DNA of 64,000 bases from the NCBI GenBank assembly GCA_030448265.1, contig JAUJNG010000013.1, positions 94,621-158,620 on the forward strand, in the 5' to 3' direction. The notes below the pieces were generated by a model that had not been told where the DNA came from, searched no databases, and worked only from the letters and a program-made list of their open reading frames with translations. Position numbers and translations under genes: made by a program. Source of the DNA: Abditibacterium sp. GTDB taxonomy: Bacteria > Armatimonadota > Abditibacteriia > Abditibacteriales > Abditibacteriaceae. The first letter of the stretch is position 1, and each line of letters starts with the position of its first letter. This document shows positions 37,929 through 47,888 of the stretch, piece after piece.

Positions 37929-38981
37929 TCAAGCAAACCCGCCCAACTCTTTGGCCCGCTCGATAATCGCGATCTGGCGCCGCACGTTTTGCGGCGTGAT
38001 GTCGAGCGGCGCGCCTTCGCGAATCGCGCGGTAAAATCCCTGGTAAAACAGCGAGTTCAGTTCGCTGTCGCCGTTTTTGCCGCTCCACGAATCGCTTTGC
38101 CACTCCAACTTCTCCGAATTGTAGCTGCGTCCCGCCGTCGGGGTTTTGTCCACCACGCGCTCCGGCATCGCAGTCCAATCGACCCATTTCCATTCCAGGC
38201 TGTCGGTCGTGCCGCGCAGCGCGCCGTTTTTGCCGGCGATGAGCCACCTGTCCTGCCCGAACGCTATCGCCGACGACAATTCGACATCGACGGCGGGGCC
38301 ACTGGGCGCGCGCAGCACCAGTTTGATGTGGTCTTCGGCGTCGCCCGCCGCCAGAATGCGCCGCATATCGACCCACACTTCGGGATCGGGCGCCTCGTCG
38401 GGCAAATTCATCAGTTGGAGCGCGTGATCCACGACGTGCGGCCCCCAGTTATTGAGAAACCCGCCGGAAAACTCCTTGAGCGTCTGCCAGTCCCAGCGCC
38501 GCCCAAAACCATGCACGCAGAGGCGAATGAGATGAAGTTCGCCCAGAACGCCGCTTTGCACAATCTCGCGCACTTTCCCAAAATGCGCTTCGTAGCGGCG
38601 GTTTTGAAACGGCGCGGCGATTTTTCCGGTGACTCGCGCCGCTTCGATCATGGCGTCGGCTTCCGAGGAAGTCGTGCCGAAAGGTTTCTCGCACACGGCG
38701 TGTTTTCCGGCCTGAAGCGCGGCGACTACGTTGTCTTTGTGCGCCGAATTGGGCGTGGCGACGACGATAACTTCGACGTTTTGGTCGGCCAAAAGCGCGT
38801 TGTAATCGGCGTAGGGCGTGGCGCCGAATTGGGCGGCGGCTTCGTCGCGCCGTTCGGCGCTGAAATCCATCGCGGCCACGATTTGAAACTGCTGCGGCAG
38901 GCCCGCCAGCGTGTTGGCATGGATGCCCCAGCCGCTCCGCCCCAGTCCCGCGATGCCAACTTTAATAGGTGTTTGACTCAT
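37929..38981 (-). CDS. Gfo/Idh/MocA oxidoreductase
   Basis: VGIAGLGRSG, VATPN, VCEKP, FQNRR, WGPHVVD. Confidence 0.92.
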   Translation of the reverse strand: MSQTPIKVGIAGLGRSGWGIHANTLAGLPQQFQIVAAMDFSAERRDEAAAQFGATPYADYNALLADQNVEVIVVATPNSAHKDNVVAALQAGKHAVCEKPFGTTSSEADAMIEAARVTGKIAAPFQNRRYEAHFGKVREIVQSGVLGELHLIRLCVHGFGRRWDWQTLKEFSGGFLNNWGPHVVDHALQLMNLPDEAPDPEVWVDMRRILAAGDAEDHIKLVLRAPSGPAVDVELSSAIAFGQDRWLIAGKNGALRGTTDSLEWKWVDWTAMPERVVDKTPTAGRSYNSEKLEWQSDSWSGKNGDSELNSLFYQGFYRAIREGAPLDITPQNVRRQIAIIERAKELGGFA

Positions 38982-40993
38982 AATTTTGGGTGTTGCAGTT
39001 CGACCATTTGATGACACAACAACTGCGGCACGACAAAAGTAACCGCGCCGTTTTCAGTTGTGAAATCAAGAACTTGCTCCGAGGGCACGAGTTTAACGCC
39101 CTCAACCGCCGCTTCGGTGCGAACCGTGCATTGCACGTCGTAGAGCGGAAACAAATCTTCGATGATTTCCACACTCGCCTGTGCGGTGCCCCATTTGGTC
39201 GAATCGGCGCCGCGTTTTTGCGGCACGGCGAACAAAAGATGCAAAATCGAGCGGTTTTGCGCGCTCTGATGCATCAAACTGGCGCGCCCCGCGCTGGGCA
39301 GGCTCGTTTCGACGCTGGGCTGCGGCAACAGCGTGTGTAGCGCATCTTTGACTAAATCGCGGTAGAGCGGCTGCCCGATCTGGCGATAACTTGTGAAAAT
39401 CGGGTGCGCGAAATAGGCGACGTTTCCATCGCAGACCACGCCAGGAAAGGTCGAATCCTCCGAATCCGGCGTGTGCTGGTGCGAACAGAAATGCTCCCAG
39501 GTGCGATTGAAATAGGTGTCGCGCCGCGCCGCCAGAACCTCGAAATTCTCACTCGCACGCACATTGAGCGCGCCGCCGTGAATCACGAACCGCCCGCGCA
39601 CGAGGGGCGTGGGCGCCTTGTCAGTGGGCACGTAATAATCGGGGTCGAACTCGCTTTTGCCCACCAATACCAACCCCAAATCAAGCGCGAAGGCGGTTTT
39701 TTCGGCATTGAGGCCGCTCGCGCCCGAAAGCAGCAGCCTGCCGCCGTTTTGCACGAACTTCTCGATTTTTCCTCGGAATTCGCCGTCGAGCGTCACTTCA
39801 TCGGGCAAAACCACCACTTTGTAGCTCGCTAAATCACGGTCTAAATCCACGACATCGAACTGGGCGCCAATCTCCAGCAGCATCCGCGAGGCGCCTTCTT
39901 CGGCGTGATTGAAGCGGTTGAAACTCTCGAAACTGCCGCCGAAAACCGATTCGGGCGACACCAGAGCGATGTCGGAAAGCGGCCTCGCGCCCGCGCACCA
40001 CGCTTCTTTGGCCTCCACTTCGGCGTAGGCGGCGCCGATGAGATCATAGGTGTCGAGACTCATCGCGCCGCGCGGATGCAATTGGTCGCCAATCGAGCAT
40101 TTGGAGCCAAAAGCCAGCATCGCGGCGCACTCGTAGCGTAGCGCGTTGGGGCGTTTGAAGCCGCCGAATTCGCCCCAGGTGGTGTGAAATTTTCCGGTCA
40201 TGCCCAGAAAATCGAAGTCCGTCGTGGCGGCGTATTTGGCGGAAATCGGGAAATGATCATAGCCCCAGCCGCCCGTGGGCAGACTTTCCAGTTCGAGATG
40301 AGAATTCCACTTGATGGCGTCGGGCGCGCCCTTGGGAATGTGGCCCGAATTGTGGAAAACGCGGCGGTTGGGGTCGCCGACTTTGCAGGCTTCTGTGGTG
40401 CGGGCGAAGTAGTTGTCCAGAACGGCGCGATTCCAGGCGTGAACGGCGGCGTCATCGAAAATATCGACGCCGTTTTCGCGCATTTTGGCCAGGCCGAGCG
40501 GCGAAAAGTTGTCGCGCGGCTTGATGATGTCGAGAAAAATACCGTCTGCCACATCGTAATTCTGCACAACTTCGAGAATTTGCTCGCACAGATAATCGAG
40601 ATAAGGCGTATCGAACGCCATGTTCTTCCAGCCCGCGTTTTTGGGGTTGAGCATTTTGCCTTCGCGCGAAACCGCAATCCATTCGGGATGGTGGAAGGCG
40701 CTCCATTCGTCATAGCCCGCCGAAATGTAAATCGGGCACTTCACATCGATTTCGCGGCAGGCTTCGATTTGGCGCGCCATGAGTTCGAAATCGAGATGCG
40801 GATGCATTTGGCCGACTTTGGTGTTGTGGTAGCTCAGGCCGTGATGGCATTTGGAAAAAATCGTCACCGAGTTGACGTGGCCGCGCTTGAGGGCTTCCTG
40901 CCACTGTTTGGCGTTGAAATCGGCGCCGATGCCAGGGATTTGTTCGGAGGTGTGGAAGTCGAGGTGAACCTGACGAAAACGGAGTTCGCTCAT
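38978..40993 (-). CDS. Glycoside hydrolase, GH151 alpha-L-fucosidase-like, with beta-galactosidase trimerisation-type domain
   Basis: RFRQVHLDFHTS, KCHHG, DGIFLDI, ELESLPTGGWGY, GKFHTTWGEFGG. Confidence 0.8.
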   Translation of the reverse strand: MSELRFRQVHLDFHTSEQIPGIGADFNAKQWQEALKRGHVNSVTIFSKCHHGLSYHNTKVGQMHPHLDFELMARQIEACREIDVKCPIYISAGYDEWSAFHHPEWIAVSREGKMLNPKNAGWKNMAFDTPYLDYLCEQILEVVQNYDVADGIFLDIIKPRDNFSPLGLAKMRENGVDIFDDAAVHAWNRAVLDNYFARTTEACKVGDPNRRVFHNSGHIPKGAPDAIKWNSHLELESLPTGGWGYDHFPISAKYAATTDFDFLGMTGKFHTTWGEFGGFKRPNALRYECAAMLAFGSKCSIGDQLHPRGAMSLDTYDLIGAAYAEVEAKEAWCAGARPLSDIALVSPESVFGGSFESFNRFNHAEEGASRMLLEIGAQFDVVDLDRDLASYKVVVLPDEVTLDGEFRGKIEKFVQNGGRLLLSGASGLNAEKTAFALDLGLVLVGKSEFDPDYYVPTDKAPTPLVRGRFVIHGGALNVRASENFEVLAARRDTYFNRTWEHFCSHQHTPDSEDSTFPGVVCDGNVAYFAHPIFTSYRQIGQPLYRDLVKDALHTLLPQPSVETSLPSAGRASLMHQSAQNRSILHLLFAVPQKRGADSTKWGTAQASVEIIEDLFPLYDVQCTVRTEAAVEGVKLVPSEQVLDFTTENGAVTFVVPQLLCHQMVELQHPKL

Positions 40994-41034
40994 AAAAAAG
41001 AGTCCAAAAATGGGATGCGACAAGGTTTACCCGA

Positions 41035-41529
41035 TTATTGCGCGCGCCGCGCGGCGAAAAATTCGCGCAGCAGCGCCCCGCATTTGGTTTCCAAGACGCC
41101 GCCGCGCACCTGAAGTCGATGGTTGAGGCGTGGGTCGCGCGCGATGTCGAAAACGCTGCCGCAGGCGCCAGCTTTGTCGTCCCAGGCGCCGAAGACCAGC
41201 CGCGAGACGCGCGACAACCACAGCGCGCCCGCGCACATCGGGCACGGTTCGAGCGTGACATAAAGCGTCACGCCGGTCAAATAGGAAGTTTGAAGCGAGG
41301 CCGCCGCGTCGCGCAGGGCGAGAATTTCGGCGTGGGCGATGGGATCGCGGTCGATTTCGCGGCGGTTGTGGCCGCGCCCGACGATCTGGCCCTCGAAAAC
41401 GCAAATCGCACCGACGGGAACGTCATCGGAGGGAGGAGGGAGGAGGGAGATGGGAGGATTAGGTCGGGATCGACGGCACTTTTCGGCTTCTTCGAGCGCG
41501 TGGCGCATCCAGCTTTCGTCTTCGGTCAT
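41035..41529 (-). CDS. tadA: tRNA-specific adenosine deaminase with a Pro-rich insertion
   Basis: VPVGA, HAE, TLEPCPMC, FGAWDDKAGACGS, LNH. Confidence 0.9.
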   Translation of the reverse strand: MTEDESWMRHALEEAEKCRRSRPNPPISLLPPPSDDVPVGAICVFEGQIVGRGHNRREIDRDPIAHAEILALRDAAASLQTSYLTGVTLYVTLEPCPMCAGALWLSRVSRLVFGAWDDKAGACGSVFDIARDPRLNHRLQVRGGVLETKCGALLREFFAARRAQ

Positions 41530-41536
41530 TAAAAAC

Positions 41537-41608
41537 TGCCCTCACAGGGAATCGAACCCCGATCTTACCCTTAGGAGAGGTCTGCTCTATCCATTGAGCT
41601 ATGAAGGC
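41537..41608 (-). tRNA. tRNA-Arg(CCT), no encoded CCA
   Basis: Cloverleaf gccttcatagctcaatggatagagc...CT-CCT-AA...ggttcgattcc. Confidence 0.93.
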
Positions 41609-41619
41609 GGCACTTTGGG

Positions 41620-41714
41620 AAGGCTAAAGGATGAAGGCTAAAGGCTAAATCAAACCGTAACCGGAAGTGATTTAGCCTTTAGCCTTCATCCTTTAGCCTT
41701 CATCCTTTAGCCTT
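41620..41714. repeat. Palindromic element built of aaggcta/aaggatg heptamers, between two tRNAs
   Basis: 32-bp perfect arms 41620-41651/41669-41700 plus one extra unit. Confidence 0.8.
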
Positions 41715-41724
41715 TGAAAAAGAC

Positions 41725-41797
41725 TGCGCCTGGCACGACTCGAACGTGCGATCTTCGGCTTCGGAGGCCGACGCCTTATCCACTGGGCCACAGGCGC
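41725..41797 (-). tRNA. tRNA-Arg(CCG), no encoded CCA
   Basis: gcgcctgtggcccagtggataaggc, stem tcggc-CT-CCG-AA-gccga, ttcgagt. Confidence 0.95.
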
Positions 41798-41815
41798 GCT
41801 ATCCCCATTGTTTTA

Positions 41816-42655
41816 TCAAATGCAAAGCTCCCCGCGCAACGACGTGAGCGCCTGGCCCGCGATTTCGACGCGCGAATCTCGCCAATGCACCCGCACCAGC
41901 CCGCCGCGTTTGGAGGCTTGAAAACCGGTCATTTCGCGTTTTCCCAGCCGCGCGCCCCAGAACGGCGCCAGCGCAGCGTGAGCCGAACCGGTGGCGGAGT
42001 CTTCGTCGATACCGATGGCGGGCGCGAAAAAACGCGATACGAAATCGTAGCCGTTGCCTTCATATTGAGGCTGTGCCGTGACGATCACGCCGCGCCCATT
42101 CAATGTGCGCGAAATCTGAGTCAGAGCCGAAAAGTCGGGACGCAGAAAGTCAATTTGCCCCTCGCCCGCCGCTTCGATGAGCCAGTCATCGGCGGCCCGA
42201 AACGAGGGATAAGGCCCGTATTGCGTTTCCAAGCCCAGAGCGTCGCGAAGTTCGTCCGGTAAATCGCACGCCTCCGCTTCGCGGGACGGAAAATCAAGCG
42301 CGATCCATTCGCCCTCACTTTGGGCCGTCAAAACGCCGCTAAGCGTGTGGAAACGAAGGCTCTGGTCGCGTCCAGCCCGCGCGGTTTCCCACAAAACGTG
42401 GGCGCTCGCCAAAGTCGCGTGGCCGCACAACTCCACTTCAGTTTCGGGCGTGAACCAGCGCAAATTGAAATTTTCCTCGCTTTTGTGAACCACGAACGCG
42501 GTTTCCGACAGATTCATCTCTGCCGCGACTTCCTGCATCCACTCCGCCTCGCGCGCCTCATCCAAAAGCACCACCGCCGCCGCATTGCCGCGCGCCCTGC
42601 CCCAGGGCAGTTCCCCGACAAACGCATCCACGATAAAAATCGGGGTTTTGGTCAT
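41816..42655 (-). CDS. PhzF family isomerase
   Basis: VDAF, GNAAAV, NLSETAF, RWFTP..EVELCGHATLA, EDSATGSAH. Confidence 0.93.
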   Translation of the reverse strand: MTKTPIFIVDAFVGELPWGRARGNAAAVVLLDEAREAEWMQEVAAEMNLSETAFVVHKSEENFNLRWFTPETEVELCGHATLASAHVLWETARAGRDQSLRFHTLSGVLTAQSEGEWIALDFPSREAEACDLPDELRDALGLETQYGPYPSFRAADDWLIEAAGEGQIDFLRPDFSALTQISRTLNGRGVIVTAQPQYEGNGYDFVSRFFAPAIGIDEDSATGSAHAALAPFWGARLGKREMTGFQASKRGGLVRVHWRDSRVEIAGQALTSLRGELCI

Positions 42656-42672
42656 AAAAATCGCCGCGTCGC

Positions 42673-42701
42673 TTGTCAAAATGGAGCGAAAAAGCTATAT
42701 T
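42673..42701 (+). promoter_or_regulatory. Sigma70 promoter for tRNA-Glu
   Basis: TTGTCA, 17 nt, TATATT, 16 nt before the tRNA. Confidence 0.7.
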
Positions 42702-42717
42702 TTCTTTTTGCCCTAAC

Positions 42718-42791
42718 GTCCCGTTCGTCTAGTGGCCCAGGACATCACCCTCTCACGGTGGAGATCAGGGGTTCGAATCCCCTACGGGATA
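42718..42791 (+). tRNA. tRNA-Glu(CTC)
   Basis: gtcccgttcgtctagtggcccaggac, CT-CTC-AC loop, ggttcgaatcc. Confidence 0.93.
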
Positions 42792-42816
42792 TCGTTGCAC
42801 ACCTCAGTGTATAACC

Positions 42817-42856
42817 ACTGCCCGCCCGCTCTTTGAGTCGGCGGGCAGTTCGTTTT
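42817..42856 (+). terminator. Intrinsic terminator after tRNA-Glu
   Basis: actgcccgcc/ggcgggcagt stem followed by T-rich sequence. Confidence 0.7.
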
Positions 42857-42912
42857 CTGGTCGAAAACAAAAGTTGATTGGGAACTTTGCATGAAATTGA
42901 GATAACGCCGAT

Positions 42913-43530
42913 TCAAACGAAGTCTTCCTTGATCAGCGCGTGAGTGATGCCGCCACCGGCGACGATGGCGCCCTGCGCGACGGCGGAGGCAAGCGACTGC
43001 ATCGGCGAAGTGATGTCGCCCGCCGCGTAAACGCCGGAGACGCTCGTTGCGCCCAGCGCATCGACTTTGAGAAGACCGAAATCGTTGAGTTCGCAGCCCA
43101 TCTTGTGGGCTAAATCCGAGCGCAAATGCTGCCGGAGATGAACCAGGGCGCCGCGCCGCGCGATGGCGTCGCCCGACGCGAAGACGATGCGTTCCAACTG
43201 CCCGCCCGCGCCTTCAAAACGCGCAATTGGGTCTTCGCGCAGGGGAACCTGGTGTTTTTAGAGCAAACTTTTCTGCTCCGGTGAAAGTTTGGAGTCACCA
43301 TCGGTGCAAAGCACCAGATCCGCGCTCCAACTGCACAGCAGAGCCACTTTCCCAAGGCCGGCTTCGCCGCGCCCGATCACGGCGAGCGGCTGGTCGCGCA
43401 CTTCGTAGCCGTGACAAAACGGACAGTGAAAAACGCTCTGGCCCCAGAAAGCGGCGAAGTTTTCGATGGGCGGGAACTCGTCCACAACACCGAACGCGAA
43501 GAGGATTTTGCGGGCGTAGGTAGTTACACA
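42913..43530 (-). pseudogene. Truncated thioredoxin-reductase-like NAD(P)/FAD oxidoreductase
   Basis: VFHCPFCHGYE, VYAAGD. In-frame TAA at 43258-43260; the N-terminal FAD-binding GxGxxG region is absent. Confidence 0.75.
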
Positions 43531-44450
43531 TTCAATTTCTCCTGCCAGAACCGCGTCGTGGCCGCTTTGACCATCCCGAAAATCGCCGTTTGCGCTGCGA
43601 TGTCCGCCGGATGCGTCGCGGTTTCCAATAATCGCCCCGAAAACGAAAAATGCGTCGCGCCCCGCAGATTGAGCAGTTCCTTCAACTCGTCGGGCGCGAG
43701 GCGAAACGCTTCCAACTTCGCGTCCACATCCCTGCCCCACACCGATTTATCGCCATCGCCGGTCACAAACAGCGTCGGCACCTCCAGCGTTTTCCACACG
43801 CCTTTGGGCTGAGAAAGCGCGCCCGCTTCGCCCGAAATGTTGACAACGGCCTTGGCGCGCTCTTCGCGCCACACGAAACGGCCCTGACGGGTTCGCATTT
43901 GCGCGCCGCCCAGAATGAGCGCGACGTGCGCGCCATACGAATAGCCGCCGATGCCGATGCGCGCCGTGTCGATGCGTCCGTCGAAATCGCCGATTTCATC
44001 GAGCAGGCGCGTTATGTCTTCACAGCGCGCCTGCCACAGGCGTTTTTCGCCCAGAACCAGGCCCCACACGTCCCAGGTCGTTTTTTGATGGCCCCAGAAA
44101 ACCGATCCGGTTTCGGCGTGATGGTGATTGTAGGAATCGAAATGCACCGGCTGCATCACCGTGAAGCCGTGCGAGGCCCAGTGCTGCACCAGAAGTTCGT
44201 AGCCGGTGCCGTCGTCGCCGCCGCCGCCCGAAAACACAATCGCGGGGCCGTTTTGCGCCCCAACCGGAAAGGTCAGGCGATGATGAGGCCGGTTGACGAC
44301 TTCAATTTGGAATTGTCCGCGCGCGGCGAGGGTTTCAAATTCGGGGGGAATGGGAACGAGGGGCGCGGCGCATTTGGTCAGTTCGGGATAAAACTTCGCC
44401 AGGTTGTAAAGCACGCGACAGGTTACCCACCATTCGTAAGGGCCAAGCAT
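43524..44450 (-). CDS. Alpha/beta hydrolase (dienelactone hydrolase-like)
   Basis: IVFSGG, GIGGYSYGAH, VTGDGD, GATHFSF. Confidence 0.8.
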   Translation of the reverse strand: MLGPYEWWVTCRVLYNLAKFYPELTKCAAPLVPIPPEFETLAARGQFQIEVVNRPHHRLTFPVGAQNGPAIVFSGGGGDDGTGYELLVQHWASHGFTVMQPVHFDSYNHHHAETGSVFWGHQKTTWDVWGLVLGEKRLWQARCEDITRLLDEIGDFDGRIDTARIGIGGYSYGAHVALILGGAQMRTRQGRFVWREERAKAVVNISGEAGALSQPKGVWKTLEVPTLFVTGDGDKSVWGRDVDAKLEAFRLAPDELKELLNLRGATHFSFSGRLLETATHPADIAAQTAIFGMVKAATTRFWQEKLNV

Positions 44451-44478
44451 CGAGATTCAGTGTGCAAAATTTTCGGCT

Positions 44479-45291
44479 TCAGGGCGCGCGGCGCCGCCCG
44501 CTCACCGGCCTCGCTTTGCCGCCTGCGATAGCAATGACCTGTTGTTTGGCGGCTTCGTAAGACGGTTCTTCGGGCGTCAGGCCAAAGGTCTGGCGCGCCC
44601 AGGGGCCGGTGGGATAATAGGCGTCGTAGTAATACGCCAATGTCTCGGCGGCAGGGGCGTAGGTGCCATCGGGCAAGACATCAAGCGCGCTCCAGCCGGT
44701 TTCAATGGTGATTTTGGGTTTGCCATCGGGCCCGACGATGAAAAATTCGTAGCGGCGCCCCAGATAAGGCGTTTCCGCCTTGCCGGAACGCGGCTGCAAC
44801 ACGAAATATTCGAACGCCAGCACATTATCCTTTCCAATGCTGAACTGGTCGCGGCAAAACGAGGGCTTGGCCGCGTAGCCCGTCGAGTCTTTGCCGCTCT
44901 TGTGCAGCGCGAAGAGGCGGGCGCGAACGGCGTCGCGGGTTTTGAGGTCGCCCATCGCTTGCGCGGTTTGCATCCGTTTGGCGAGAAGATGCCCGTTGTT
45001 TGGCTCCTGCTTTTCCAGGCGCGCGAAAAAAGCCGCCGCCGCCGCGTAATCGCGCGCAAAAAACGCGGCACTGCCCGCATTCCACAGCGCCGAGGGGTCG
45101 TTGGGCATCGCCTTCAAAACGATGCGAAATTGCGCGAGCGCAGGCGCGTATTGCTCCTTATCGAGAAACGCATTGCCGGCGCGAAAGGCGCGTTCGATTT
45201 GAGGACTGGGCGCGCTTTGCGCCCAAAGACCGGCGCACAGCAGCAGCACAAGCGCGGGCAGTGCCCAGGGCGAGATGTGGTAATTTTTCAT
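44479..45291 (-). CDS. Secreted TPR-repeat protein
   Basis: Signal peptide; TPR-like helices (AGNAFL...YAPALAQF...ALWNAG). Confidence 0.75.
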   Translation of the reverse strand: MKNYHISPWALPALVLLLCAGLWAQSAPSPQIERAFRAGNAFLDKEQYAPALAQFRIVLKAMPNDPSALWNAGSAAFFARDYAAAAAFFARLEKQEPNNGHLLAKRMQTAQAMGDLKTRDAVRARLFALHKSGKDSTGYAAKPSFCRDQFSIGKDNVLAFEYFVLQPRSGKAETPYLGRRYEFFIVGPDGKPKITIETGWSALDVLPDGTYAPAAETLAYYYDAYYPTGPWARQTFGLTPEEPSYEAAKQQVIAIAGGKARPVSGRRRAP

Positions 45292-45348
45292 GGTGTTTTA
45301 GGGCCAAACCGAGCCAATTTTCAACGGCGCAAGCCACATTTCATTCTA

Positions 45349-47865
45349 ATGCAAACTTTCGATCTCCCCACCCTCTGGCAAGTCCAGGCCGTCTCCAATT
45401 TCGAAGAAGTGCCGCCCGAAATTGGAAATCGCGCCCTTCCCGCTCAAGTTCCTGGGGGTATTCATCTCGATTTGCTCCGCGAAAATCTCATTCCCGACCC
45501 GTATTTAGACCAAAACGAATTTTTGGTGCAGTGGATTGGGCGCACCGACTGGGAATTTTCCACCACTTTTTCGGTTTCCGCCGAAGCGATGCGCGAAGAG
45601 CGTGTTGATTTGGTGTGCGAAGGCCTCGACACGATTGCGACGGTGTGGATTAACGGCGCCGAAGTGGGACGGAGCGAAAATATGCACGTCGAATCTCGCT
45701 TCCGTGCGAAAGACGTTTTAAAAGCGGGCGAAAACGAAATTCGGGTTCGTTTCGCTTCCGCCGTGCATTACGCGCGCGAAATGCGCGACCGCTTGGGCGA
45801 TTTGCCGCACGCCAATTCCTATCGGGACGCCGACGGAAAGTGCGAGCCGTTTCATTTCATCCGCAAAAACGCCTGCAATTTCGGCTGGGATTGGGGGCCG
45901 GCGCTGGTCACGGCGGGGATTTGGAAAGCGATTCGGCTGGAGGCGTGGAGCGTGGCGCGGATTCAATCGATGCGGCCTTTGGTGCGCGTGGCGAATGAGA
46001 AAGTGGCGGTGGTGGATTTTGAAGTGGATGTCGAGTTTGCAGAAGCTGCGAATGGAAAGAAATTCAAGGCCGAAGTTACGCTTTGGGAGGATGAAAGCGA
46101 CGAAGAAGCAATTCAAGCTAACGAACTTTCAATTTCTTCTGGCACTGCTTCCATTTCGCTTTTCAAGAAAAATCCAAAGTTATGGTGGCCGCGCGGATAT
46201 GGAGAACAATCACTTTACAAAGTGTGGGTTGTGATTTGGGAGACAGCCAAAGATGCAGACCGGCAGTTAGATTTTTCGCAATTTCAAATCGGTCTGCGCG
46301 AAGTCGAACTCGACACTTCGCCCGATGATTATGGTGCGGTGTGGACGCTCAAAGTCAACGGGTGCGAAATCTGGTGCAAAGGCGCCAACTGGATTCCCGA
46401 CGATGTGTTTTTGCCGCGCGCCAATGAACCCCAGCGCCTTCAAACTCGACTCCAACAGGCCGCCGACGCGGGCATGAACACCCTGCGCGTCTGGGGCGGC
46501 GGCATCTACGAAACCGACGCATTCTACTCGCTTTGCGACCAGATGGGCCTGCTGGTGTGGCAGGATTTCCCCTTCGCCTGCGCCGCCTACGCCGAAGAAT
46601 CGCCGCTGAAGGAACTGGTCGAGGCCGAGGCGCGCTTCAACGTGGCGCGTTTGAGCAAACATCCCAGTCTGGTGCTGTGGAACGGCTGCAACGAGAACAT
46701 CTGGGGCTATTTCGACTGGGGATGGCAGCAAAAAGTCGAAGGTCGCACCTGGGGCGCGGGCTATTATTTCGATTTATTGCCCTCGATTGTCAAAGAACTT
46801 GCGCCCACGACGCCCTATTGGCCTGGCAGTCCGTTTTCCGGCTCGATGGACATTCATCCCAACGCCGACCAATGGGGCAACAAGCATATGTGGGACACCT
46901 GGAACGATGTCAATCACACCCATTTCCGCAAATACGCGCCGCGATTTGCCTCAGAGTTTGGCCATCAGGCGCCGCCAACATGGGCGACTTTGAAACGCGC
47001 CATTCCCGCCGACCAGCTCGATCCGTTTTCGCCCGCGATGCTGCATCATCAAAAAGCAATCGGCGGCAACGACAAACTGCACAATCGCTTGAAAGAACAT
47101 TTCGAGATGCCCTCGGATTTCGACGACTGGCTGTTTTTAACCCAACTGATGCAGGCGCGGGCGATGACGACGGCAGTGGAATGGTTTCGCACCCGAAGCG
47201 TGTGCAGAGGCGCGCTGTTCTGGCAGTTGAACGACTGCTGGCCGGTGACGAGTTGGGCCGCGATTGACGGCGACGGACGGCCCAAACCGCTTTATTTCGC
47301 GGCGAAGCAGTTTTTTCGGGACAGGCTGCTCACGATTCAGCCCGATGGACAACATCTGGCGCTGTGGGCGCATAATGACTGCGATGAATCCTGGTTTGGC
47401 CAAGGCACCATGCGCTTGTTGACGATGGAAGGAGAAGAAAAGAAATCTGACACTTTTCGATTTTTCCTGGGGGACCGCGATCTTGTCAAAATTGGCGACT
47501 TGGAAGGCTTTGAACCCGCGAATAAGCAAAACGAGTTTTTGGCAGTATTAATTGAAGGCGCCGTTCAGAACGATGAGTGCTTCTGGTTCTTCGACATCGA
47601 CAAACACTTGAACTACCCCGAACCCAAATTCGAGGCCAAGTGGAACGGCAACGAACTGGAACTCACCGCGCAGACGCTCATCCGCGACCTTTACCTCAAC
47701 GCCGACCGCGTTGGAGGCGAGGCTGAATATGGCCTTGTGACTTTGCTGCCTGGCGAAACAATTGGTTGGGAAATCAAGGGCGTCACGGCGGCAGATTTGA
47801 ATTTGGAAACGCTGACTTCGCGTCCGGTTTTGAACTGCGCCAATTTTTACGGGGCGAAACGGTAA
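45349..47865 (+). CDS. GH2 beta-mannosidase
   Basis: EGLDT, RKNACNFGWDWGP, KGANWIP, RVWGGG, WNGCNE, RFASEFG, FWQLNDCWP. Confidence 0.95.
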   Translation: MQTFDLPTLWQVQAVSNFEEVPPEIGNRALPAQVPGGIHLDLLRENLIPDPYLDQNEFLVQWIGRTDWEFSTTFSVSAEAMREERVDLVCEGLDTIATVWINGAEVGRSENMHVESRFRAKDVLKAGENEIRVRFASAVHYAREMRDRLGDLPHANSYRDADGKCEPFHFIRKNACNFGWDWGPALVTAGIWKAIRLEAWSVARIQSMRPLVRVANEKVAVVDFEVDVEFAEAANGKKFKAEVTLWEDESDEEAIQANELSISSGTASISLFKKNPKLWWPRGYGEQSLYKVWVVIWETAKDADRQLDFSQFQIGLREVELDTSPDDYGAVWTLKVNGCEIWCKGANWIPDDVFLPRANEPQRLQTRLQQAADAGMNTLRVWGGGIYETDAFYSLCDQMGLLVWQDFPFACAAYAEESPLKELVEAEARFNVARLSKHPSLVLWNGCNENIWGYFDWGWQQKVEGRTWGAGYYFDLLPSIVKELAPTTPYWPGSPFSGSMDIHPNADQWGNKHMWDTWNDVNHTHFRKYAPRFASEFGHQAPPTWATLKRAIPADQLDPFSPAMLHHQKAIGGNDKLHNRLKEHFEMPSDFDDWLFLTQLMQARAMTTAVEWFRTRSVCRGALFWQLNDCWPVTSWAAIDGDGRPKPLYFAAKQFFRDRLLTIQPDGQHLALWAHNDCDESWFGQGTMRLLTMEGEEKKSDTFRFFLGDRDLVKIGDLEGFEPANKQNEFLAVLIEGAVQNDECFWFFDIDKHLNYPEPKFEAKWNGNELELTAQTLIRDLYLNADRVGGEAEYGLVTLLPGETIGWEIKGVTAADLNLETLTSRPVLNCANFYGAKR

Positions 47866-47888
47866 AATGTGCCTGGAGGTGCGAAATT

